Assembly (NCBI GenBank): GCA_025594325.1
Contig: JANHCV010000009.1
Coordinates: 1,550,001-1,614,000 of the forward strand
Direction of reading: 5' to 3'
DNA from: Blastocladiella emersonii ATCC 22665
Taxonomy: Eukaryota > Fungi > Blastocladiomycota
DNA length: 64,000 bases
In this document: piece after piece, positions 38,174 to 47,573 of the stretch
Layout of the letters: every line of letters starts with the position of its first letter
Numbering within the stretch: the first letter of the stretch is position 1
Translations under genes and position numbers: made by a program
Notes under the pieces: model-generated
What the model saw: only the letters and a program-made list of their open reading frames with translations
What the model was told of the DNA's origin: nothing
Database searches by the model: none

Positions 38174-39193
38174 TCATACAAACGACGACTCGGGGGCCGC
38201 GAGCTCCTTGAGCTTCTCGTAGACGGGGAAGAAGAGGAGGCAGGTGCCGAACCACCACGACGAGCGCCAGGCTGCCCCGCGGTACAGGCCCTTGACCCCA
38301 CCGTCTTCCCGGTAAATGGCGCGGAGCCCCTGCACGATGCCCGGCTGCGCCTTGGCGGCGGCCGTGGACGTCAGGACGCGCGTGCGCAGCACGTCGAGCG
38401 GGGTGGTCACGAACCCGGCGAGCGCGCCCGAGATCCCGCCGAACAGGGCCGAGGGCGCGGTCGGGATCTCGGGCACCGTGGAGTGCGGCCCCTCGGCGGC
38501 GCGCACGGCGGCGAGGCGCGACGCCTGGTACTGGGCCTTGAAGTTCTCGTACGTGACGAGCAGCACGATCATGAAGGGCCCGTCGCGGCACACGATGGGC
38601 AGGAACCCGCGCCACAGGCCCAGCACGCCCTCTTCCCGCACCACCTGCCGCGCGACATCGCCCGCCGACAGCGGGGCCGCGCCTTGGGCGGTGACCTGCA
38701 GGCGCGCCGTGATCACCTCGCGCGGCACCTTGACGACGCTCGACGCGAGGTCCGACACGAGCGCCGACAGCGTGATGGCGAGCGTCGGCGGGGCCTCGGG
38801 CGCGTGCGTCGCAAACGCCGTTTTCGTCGCCTCGTACGCCGCGAACCGGATCCCGCCCTGCGGCGCGGCGCCCACCACGCTCGCCGCGAACCCGCGCGAC
38901 AGCACGCGCAGCAGGTCGCGCGCTGTCGTCGAGGTGGCGGTGCCGGCCTGGATCCGCGTCTTGATCGTGTCGAGCGGGTGCATCGACGCGTACGCGAGCG
39001 CGAGCGCCGTCGCCCCCGAGAAGAAGGCGGCCGGGGTCGTCGGCGGGTCGCGCGTCACGGCGACCGACGTCGGGTGGTGCAGGTGCCGCGCGAAATGCGA
39101 CGAGGACGCGGCGGCCAGGCGGCGCGCGGCGGCGGTGGCCACGGCGGGCGAGGTGGCGGCCGTGGTGGCAGTGGCAGTGGTGGTCGATGACAT
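38174..39193 (-). CDS. Mitochondrial carrier, SAM-carrier-like (Pet8/SLC25A26 group)
   Basis: Three carrier signatures (HPLDTIKTRIQ, KVPREVITARLQ, TTPLDVLRTRV) plus GLWRGF...RDGPF. Substrate is inferred only. Confidence 0.8.
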   Translation of the reverse strand: MSSTTTATATTAATSPAVATAAARRLAAASSSHFARHLHHPTSVAVTRDPPTTPAAFFSGATALALAYASMHPLDTIKTRIQAGTATSTTARDLLRVLSRGFAASVVGAAPQGGIRFAAYEATKTAFATHAPEAPPTLAITLSALVSDLASSVVKVPREVITARLQVTAQGAAPLSAGDVARQVVREEGVLGLWRGFLPIVCRDGPFMIVLLVTYENFKAQYQASRLAAVRAAEGPHSTVPEIPTAPSALFGGISGALAGFVTTPLDVLRTRVLTSTAAAKAQPGIVQGLRAIYREDGGVKGLYRGAAWRSSWWFGTCLLFFPVYEKLKELAAPESSFV

Positions 39194-39527
39194 GGTTGTT
39201 GGTTTACGTGGTGGTGGAGGGCTGAGGTCGCGCGACGGGAGAGTTCTTGAAGGTGAGAGCGTGAGCGGGGGCGAAGCACATTCGGGGCGAGAGAGCGGGG
39301 GGAGAGCGGTTGAGGGGAACAAGAGGCGAGGAGGGGCGAGACGTTAAAGAGGCGCGACACGGTTCGCGGCGCGCTCCCCGGAAATGCGATGGGAAACAAG
39401 AAGGAGCAGCCACGGGTGCGTGATGGGCGGGTGATGGCAAATCACGGCGGGGGTCGACTCACCGGGCAGGGCCACCTGACGCGCGCGCCTGAAAGTGATA
39501 ACGCCGTCACACGAGCGCATTTTTCTG

Positions 39528-39815
39528 ATTGGCCCAGCAGCGACGCAAGCCGCGCGCTGGGTCACGCCGCACGGGATTCCCAGCCAATGAGCGAATTCGC
39601 GGGTGACCCATTTCCGCATTTAGGCAGAGTTGAAAGCGAGGCTGGCGCGCCGGGCGCCACGCGTGACCGCTTTCCGCGTCGCGTCGGCCGCCGCGGGACG
39701 TGTCGGCATCTCGGGGCCCCTCTATCGCTGGCCTCGGGCACTCTCGGGTCTTTGGATCGCCGACGACTCGACTCGACGGGACAAGCGACCGAGGACCCGC
39801 ACCCGCCGCTATAAG
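39528..39815. promoter_or_regulatory. Bidirectional promoter elements: two oppositely oriented CCAAT boxes and a TATA-like element
   Basis: CTGATTGGCC (ATTGG at 39528-39532) and AGCCAATGA (CCAAT at 39584-39588) both fit the extended NF-Y/HAP consensus. TATAAG at 39810-39815 lies 89 nt upstream of ATG 39904. All lie between the divergent carrier and Leu-fusion genes. Confidence 0.5.
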
Positions 39816-39903
39816 AACCCGCGGCCGCCCGCGCTCCCACACCGACCTGCACCCACCACCGACCCACACCCCCTGTTCTCGCACACGCATCAACAAGACA
39901 ACC

Positions 39904-42900
39904 ATGGCTGCCCCACAACGCGTCGTCCTCCTCCCCGGCGACGGCATCGGCCCCGAGATCGTCGCGCAGGCCTCGCGCATCCTGGCGCTCTTCCCGACCC
40001 AGATCACCACCGAGCACGCCCTCATTGGCGGCGCCGCCATCGACGCGGCCGGCGACCCGTTCCCGCCCGCGACGCGCGACGCGGTCGTCGGCGCCGCCGC
40101 CATCCTGCTCGGCGCCGTCGGCGGGCCCAAGTGGGACGCCCTCGCGGCCCAGGGCAAGTCGCCGCGCCCCGAGCAGGGTCTGCTCGCCATCCGCAAGCAC
40201 CTCGACCTCTTCGCCAACATCCGCCCCGTCTACTTCCCCGCAGACAAGTGCATGGACCTGTCGCCGCTCAAGCGCTCGACCCTCGAGGGGTTCAAGCGCT
40301 CCACCGTCGTCCGCGAGCTCGTCTCCGGCATCTACTTTGGCCAGCGCGCCGAGGCTGCTGACCCGTCTGCTCCCGACGCTGCTGGTACGTTTTCCCACCT
40401 TGCGCTGCACCTCGACGAACGAACAACCCACTAACCTTCACAAAACAGCCCACGACACCATGTCCTACACGCGCGCCGAGATCGAGCGCATCACCCACCT
40501 CGCCGCCAAGCTCGCCCTCGCCTCGAACCCGCCCGAGCAGATCACCCTCGTCGACAAGGCCAACGTGCTCGCCACCTCGCGCCTGTGGCGCGCCACCGTC
40601 AAGGACATTCTCGCCCGCGACTACCCGTCCATCCCCGTCGCCTTCGAGTACGTGGACGCGGCCGCCATGCACCTCGTCAAGCACCCCGCCAAGATGAACG
40701 GCATCACCCTCACCGAGAACCTGTTCGGCGACATTCTCTCGGACGAGGCCTCGGTCATCCCCGGCTCGCTCGGCCTCATGCCCTCGGCCTCGCTCTCCAG
40801 CATCTCCACCGCGACCGGCACGTTCGGCCTGTACGAGCCCATCCACGGCTCGGCCCCCGACATCGCCGGCACCGGCAAGGCCAACCCGATCGGCACCATC
40901 CTCTCGGTCGCCCTCATGTTCCGCTACTCGCTCAACCTGCCCTTCGAGGCCGACTTGATCGAGGAGGCGGTCCGCGCCACCCTCGACGGCGACGCCACCC
41001 ACGAGCCCGCCGTGTGCACGGCCGACCTCGGCGGGTCCGCCACCACGGCGCAGGTCGGCGACGCGATCGTGGCGCGCCTCGAGCACCTCCTCGCCACGCG
41101 CCGCCGCCCCATGAACATCTGCGAGAAGATCCTCACGGACGCGGCCATCGGCATCCAACGGCCCGGCCATGTGCGCCCCGGCGACATGGTGTGCGTCAAG
41201 GTCGACTGGACGCTCGCCTCGGAGCTCACGTGGAAGGGCATGGAGAAGACGTTTGACCTCATGGGCCGCCCCAAGATCCACGACCCGAAGCGCTTCTGGC
41301 TCGCCATCGACCACACGGTCGACCCGCGCATCAACGACCAGGAGAAGCCGCGCGGCCTGATCGCCGCGTCCGAGCGGTTCGCCCGCGAGGCCCAACTCAC
41401 CGACTTCCACGGTCCCAACCAGACCATCCTCCACACCGAGTTCTGCCGCATGCGCGCCCAGCCCGGCCAGGTCATCATCGGCGCCGACTCGCACTCGTGC
41501 TCGGCCGGCAACGTCGGCGCGTTTGCGGTTGGCCTCGGCGCCGCGGACGTGACCTTGCCCATGTGCACGGGCGAGACGTGGCTGCGCGTGCCCGAGGTCG
41601 TCGAGATCAAGTTCGTCGGCCGCCCCAAGTTCGGTATTGGGGGAAAGGACGCGATCCTGTACGTGCTCGGCCAGCTCAAGCGCAACACAGTCGCCTTCGA
41701 GCGCGCCGTCGAGTACACGGGCCCCGGCCTCGCGCACCTCTCGGTCGACGCCCGGTTTGCGATTGCCAACATGACCACCGAGTTTGGCGGGATCGCCGGC
41801 GTTTTCGAGGCCGACGCCGTCACGGCGGCCTACCTCGCGGCGCGCCCCGACCACAAGGACGCGGGCAAGTACTTCCGCCCCGACACCAAGGCCCAGTACG
41901 CGGCGTCGCACACCATCGACCTCGGCCACGTCGACTCGCTCGTCGCCCTGTACCCGTCGCCCGACAACGTGGTCCCCGTCGTCGAGGTGGCCGGCAAGAA
42001 GCTCGACGGGTGCTTCATTGGCGCGTGCACCACGGCCGAGGAGGACCTGATCCTCGCCGGGCTCGTGCTCCGCGCCGGTCTCGCGCGCGGGCTCGTCCCG
42101 GCGCTCGGCGGTAAGCGCAAGGTGACCCCCGGCTCGGTCCCCATCGTCAACAAGCTGCGCCGCCTCGGGCTCGTCGCCGTGTACGAGCAGGCCGGGTTCA
42201 CGGTCGGCGTGCCCGGGTGCTCGTACTGCCTGGGCATCGCGGCCGACGTCGCCGGCGAGAGCGAGGTGTGGCTGTCGTCGCAGAACCGCAACTTCAAGAA
42301 CCGCATGGGTAAGGGCTCGATCGGCAACCTCGCGTCCGCGGCCACGGTCGCCGCGTCGTCGTTCGACATGAAGATCACGGACCCGCGCGAGCTCCTCGAC
42401 GCCGTCGACGAGTCCGAGTTCAAGCGCATGTGCGCGTTCATGGACGTGACCCCCGAGCTCTCGCCCAAGGGCGCGCCCTTCACCGTCACGGAGCCCAAGT
42501 GCGAGTGGCTCGAGTCGCAGCAGCAGCAGCAGCAGCAGCAGGCGGCGCCCGCGTCGCCGACGGGATCCGCGACCACGGACTCGGACGCCGAGGCCGACTC
42601 GGCGCCCGCCCCGCTCACGTCCGTCATCGAGGGCCGCGCGCAGGTGTTCGACGACCACGTCGACACGGACCAGATCATCCCCGCTCCGTTCATGCCGGGC
42701 AAGGACGACGCGGACCTCGGCATGCACTGCTTCGAGTTCTCCCGGCCCGAGTTCCGCGCGCGCGCCGCGGCCGGCGCGACCATCGTGGTCGCCGGCGAGG
42801 GCTTCGGGTCCGGCTCGTCGCGCGAGGAAGCCCCGCGCGCGCTCAAGGGCGCCGGCATCCGCGCCGTGATCGCCAAGGGGTTCGCCTTCATCTACAACCG

Positions 42901-43243
42901 CAACCAGTACAACATGGCGCTCCTCGGCGTCGTCGTCAAGGACGAGGCATTCTACCAGCTCGCGACCGAGGGCGCGACCGTCGCCATCGACGTGCCCGCG
43001 CGTGTCGTGCGGGTGGCGGGACGCGCGTTCCCCTTCGCCCTCTCCGACTTCGAGGAGCGCCTCGTCTCGGGCGGCGGCGTCACCGACATGTACTCGGCCT
43101 ACGGCAAGCGCCTGTTCCGCGTCAACATCGCCGCAGGCAAGAAGCGCGCGCGGATCGAGGCGGCTAAGTCGTCGTCCTCGGCGTGTGCGACGAAGACGGA
43201 GGGTGAGAGCGGCGGGTGTGCGACCGAGACGCTCGCGTGGTGA
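39904..43243 (+). CDS. Fusion of 3-isopropylmalate dehydrogenase (LeuB/Leu2) with an aconitase-family dehydratase (LeuC-like and LeuD-like domains); 1091 aa after splicing
   Basis: Exon 39904-40384, intron 40385-40448 (GTACGT...CTAAC...CAG), exon 40449-43243. IPMDH motifs: LPGDGIGPEI, GPKW..RPEQGLL.IRK, RELVSGIYFG, DKANVL, NLFGDILSDEA, EPIHGSAPDIAG. These run with no stop into MNICEKIL, DHTVDP, GADSHSCSAG, FIGACTT, PGCSYCLG, SSQNRNFKNRMG, a polyQ linker, DTDQIIP and FGSGSSREEAP. Confidence 0.93.
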
Positions 43244-43933
43244 GGAGACTAGTTTTGCGTATATACATATCAACTGTTCTGTCAAATGATGTCCTGCCTT
43301 CTGCTCGCGGGTGTCAGTTCCACGCTCGCGTCGAGATCGCCTTCGTTCACAACGCGTGAACTTGGTTATGCCGCGATGAGCGAAATCGTTCTTGCAGTCG
43401 ACTTCCGTATGCGACGCGGCCGCACAAGCACTCGAAGTGAACACGTCACCGGCGGTCAAGGAACTGGTGCAGCGCGTCGCATGATGCGGCGCTCGCGTCG
43501 TGCCGTGTACCGAACTCTAGTTCCTGCTCGACGGCGGTTGCGAGAGAAGGATGAGCAAGCGCTTTCTTTGGATGATGGCCGCCAGCGGGGAACAGCTTAA
43601 CGGCGATGAAGAAGCCGTGTACATGAGGACGACGAGTATCCAGCCAAAACTTGTTGGGTCTTTGCTCCGCTGACATGGACGGGGTGAAGACCGATACCTA
43701 CGAGAATATGACAATCCACATCAGGGCATTGCGTGCTGAGGGTATCAAGCGCAGCCAACGACTGGCGTCGCGCGCACGCGTTCCAACGAGCGCCGCGCAG
43801 ACGCCACGATCGGATCGATAGTGCAGATTATTGATAATAAACAATTCAAGAAAGTCAAGTGCTAGAGATCCATACTTGCGGACCTCGGTCCGCGAGACAC
43901 CGGTGAACCCGACGCGTCGATCAATCATGTGAT

Positions 43934-43975
43934 CGGCCAGCGGCCAACGGCCAGCGGCCAACGGCCAGCGGCCAC
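43934..43975. repeat. Short tandem repeat (CGGCCAN)x6
   Basis: cggccag cggccaa cggccag cggccaa cggccag cggccac read directly from the sequence. Confidence 0.85.
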
Positions 43976-44288
43976 CCGCGTCGGACCTGGGTCGCAGCTC
44001 GCGTTACCCTCAATTTTGCTTTGCTTCTTGCTGGCAAGAAGTAAGCGCGTAAGGATCGAGGCGGCCATTCCGTCCTCGTTGTCTTATGGGAGAGAAAGTC
44101 CGCGGCGACGGCGGGTCGGAGTGACGGTGGGTCTGGGACAGATGCGCTCGCGTGGAGACGAGATCAGAACCGGAAATCATGTATATACGAGGCGGGCGAA
44201 GCTGCCAGCACATAACAATTGAGAGAATCGCACAACAACATCAACGCCCTATGCTTCCTCCAACGTTCGAACCATTGCGCTTGAAAAC

Positions 44289-45256
44289 TTATCCTCGCCC
44301 AATTTGCAAGCGGAGCCGCGGCGATACCTCACGCATCAATCGCGCGCCGTCGCCCGTGACCGCGGCGCCCAACAACCACAGGGATACACTGCGCGTTTCA
44401 AAGAGCTGGGCGAGTATCAGTCCGCCGGCATCCGTGACGTTTCGGGCAAGGGTCAGGCATTGAAGGCTCGGCGGAAGCGCGGGCGCGAAGGCGGCAATCA
44501 CCGCGTCATCGCAGTTCGCCATGGCGAGATGCAGTTTCTGGAGCTCGGGAGGCATGTGAGCCGCGAGGCACGCGGCCTCTTCGCAGCCAAGGTCGGCCGC
44601 ACAGAGGTCAAGTGCGGTGAGCGAGCCAGGCAGCCTCGAGATTATCGCAAGGGCGCCATCACGCGACACGTCGCAGCCGCTCGCGTCAAACGTTTTGAGG
44701 CTAGGAGGAAGCGCGTGTGCAACCGCAGTGATTGCGTCGTCGGTGCTGGAAGAGAAGTTGATTGAGAGGCTTTGAAGCGAGGCGGGAAACGCTCCGCCAA
44801 TCGAGTCCAGAAGCTGCAATGAAAGGACTTCACCCGAGATGATAAGGGATTCGAGCGAGGGCGGAAGGCTACGAGGGTCTTCTTGAACAGGTTCCGAGAG
44901 CTCGGCAGCAGCCGTCGCCTCAACAGCTGAGAGAGTACCCGCGTCGACCGCCACCACTCGAGCGTTTCGAGGCTGTGCGAGTCAAGTGCAGCCTGTAGCC
45001 CATCGTTCGAGCAGCGGAGCGGGACGCCAAGTGCCTTCCACTTGTTGAGGAGGGCGAGGTTGCAGCGCGCAGTCGCGACGTTGAGTGAGAGACTCGGCGC
45101 ATTCAGCAGTAGCGCTCGCTTGACGCGCGGAGCCGCGGACCGCGGCAGAACTCGCGCATACTGCAAGTATTGGTCGATATCGGGAGACCCGTCCTGCTCA
45201 ATCGCATAAACAAGAAGCCACTCAAGCACGGAGGGGAGATGGAGGGCCCTGAACAT
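44289..45256 (-). pseudogene. F-box-like/ankyrin-like/26-aa LRR gene, frameshifted
   Basis: N-terminus LPSVLEWLLVYA...YARVLPR and ankyrin-like LNKWKALG...ETLEWWRS. After a frame change near 44930-44950 come six LRR units with a 26-aa period (LPPSLESLII, FPASLQSLSI, LPPSLKTFDA, LPGSLTALDL, MPPELQKLHL, LPPSLQCLTL). Confidence 0.65.
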
Positions 45257-46054
45257 GTTGCATGAAGTGTGCGTTGCGTTCGGTGAGGGTCCACGAAGAG
45301 CAAAGGAGAGAGTAGCTTTGTCGGCAGTCGCTCTAGCCAGGGGGGCTGCTCTAGCGCGGCGAACCGCTTGCTTGTATGCGGTCAGGTGCAGGGTGCAGCA
45401 CCCCTGGGATGGCGCATGCGGTCACCAGCGAATCACATGATTGATCGGCGCGCCGAGATCAGAGCGTTTCGCACGTCTCTCTCTGCGAATTCGCACCACT
45501 GGCACTCGGCTTTCCGGGCCAATTAGGTTGTAATGCACGCCGTTGGGCGAATGATACCGCCTGCGCTCAGGGAGACGAAGGCGGCTCGTGCCCTCACTCG
45601 TTATCGTCAAGGAGAAGATGGTATGACCAGAGAAAAGCCGCCGTAGTGCCGCGAAGAGCCTGCTGACTGTGACATGCGTCACCGCTCTCTGTATGCACAC
45701 AAGCGCAACTCGCGCATTACTTACACTTGCACGGAGGTGAATCAAAACCGTGAGTCCTGTCGTTGGCGCTCTTTGCCAGGTTTTTGTAGTTGGCGAGCTC
45801 AGCGTGGCTTGCGGGTACTTATCAAAACTGAGCCATTGTTTGCGAGGCTCAAAACTGTATTCTTTTAAAATATGTAACTTACGAGACAGGTCGCCAAGGC
45901 GAAGGGGAGGGTCAACGTTTGCTCCCTTCCCCACGCGGTGGTGAGCCGCACGTGACCTGTCAAGGCCATCCTCGGCGAAAGTGGAGGCGCGCGTCGAGTC
46001 GGTCATCCCGAGCGCCTCTCCAACTCCCCTTCCCTCACATACGCACCCAATAAC

Positions 46055-46455
46055 ATGCTGCAATCGAATGAAATACCGTCCCTGCCCACCGAGGTCGTGG
46101 AGCGAGTTCTCGTTTTCGCTCTTCTTGCGAGCGACCCAATCGAGTCAGACCTGGTCCGCTATGCTCGCGTTTTTCCCCGAGCCGCGGCGCCTGATGTCTT
46201 CAGCACTAAATATCGCTAAACGTGCTTTGACGAAGGAGAAGATAATGCTTGCGTGCGAGCGAGGCGCGCTTCACGTCCTTCGCCTTGCCAAGTCGTGCGG
46301 TGCTTTTGGTCTCGAGCGACCTACTTGAGTTTCTCATCGCGACGAGACTCAACTTTCACCTTCATGTCTTGGAGTGGTTTCGAGACGAAAGCGGGTTGGA
46401 ACTCCCATTGAATTGCGTGCCTCAGAGTTGCCGCGAACTGTTCACCCCTTCTTGA
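46055..46455 (+). pseudogene. Frameshifted paralogue of the F-box-like/ankyrin-like gene at 45256
   Basis: MLQSNEIPSLPTEVVERVLVFA...LVRYARVFPRAAAPDV aligns with LPSVLEWLLVYA...LQYARVLPRSAAPRV. Downstream frames give ACERGALHVL and LHVLEWFRDESGLELP; TAA at 46217. Confidence 0.6.
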
Positions 46456-47573
46456 GTGGTACGTCCGGGTTTCGCTGCCGTCCCAGTGCGGCGTTCTGAC
46501 CACACACGGCACATCCAGGATCCAGTTACGGGTTTGCGTTTTGGACTTGGCGACCAGTCGGCCGAGTGAATGGCTCCCTTAATTGCTTCTGGTCGTGTCA
46601 CGGAAGTCATTTCGTGGTTCGAGGCTGACTGAGGTCGGAACTCCTATTTTGCAAGATGCTTTCGCAAGTCCGCGCCAAGCGGTGATCAAGGCTCCGTTTG
46701 ACAATGCGGCGCTCACGCTTCTAAATCTGCTGCGTTTTGGGCTTCCCGGCACCCATCGCGAACTTCACCTCGGTTACAACTTCCTCGCTCACCGGAGTCC
46801 CGAGGTAGCTGGAAAGTGATTGAGAACCAAAACCGAGGCGTTAAGATGCTTAATTCAAAAATGAAGCTTGCGGAGGTGAGACGGGAAGGTATGTCTCACG
46901 TCTCGCGTATCTTGCATGATCGGTCACGCCATTTCCCGACGCGTCACCACTCTGCCTCCCACCTCCAATCTCCCGCGGTCGAGGTGAAAAGCGCAGCCGA
47001 TCGCTTAACCGGGACAAAAAGTATGTACATTTTAATGCGAAAAGAGATTGAGGACGCTTCAAGTGTCAGCGCGGAAGGGAGTCACACGATGACTGAAGGT
47101 TATTTTGACGGGGCTCGTGGCCTGATTGTGCGAGTCATCCCGATCAACCGAAATCGATCTGTCCCCGGCGAGTCCTCAATCGTGTCATGAGCCTTAACCG
47201 CTCGACTCACGCCCCAACCAGGGGGACGACAAAATTGCATCTAGTAGGCCGTCCCACTGCCCTTCGCCTCGGATACCTGCTGCTCTGGACAGTTATCGAA
47301 AATTTTATGTGTTTAATGTCGGTTTTCAGCTTTCAGTTCAAACTGGACAGGTAGCGGCGGTCGAGGAAACTAAAGCTTCCATCTGCATCTGGCCAGGTTT
47401 GTCAATAGGTTTTGCGAGCACTGCCATAGATTAGTTCGCGCCCGGCCGCAACTGGTGACTCGCCGCCCGTTTCCTGTCGCCCTCAAAAGGTGGCCGCACC
47501 CCCGCCGCGGACGTGAGCTCTCTTTAGCTCACGTTTCCGGATCATACAGTTATCTCGGGAATCGTGTGGGCAC

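Noticed and set aside
45422-46063. 213-codon ORF between the two ankyrin-like genes
   Set aside because: No motif or paralogue recognised, and it overlaps the presumed promoter region of the pair.
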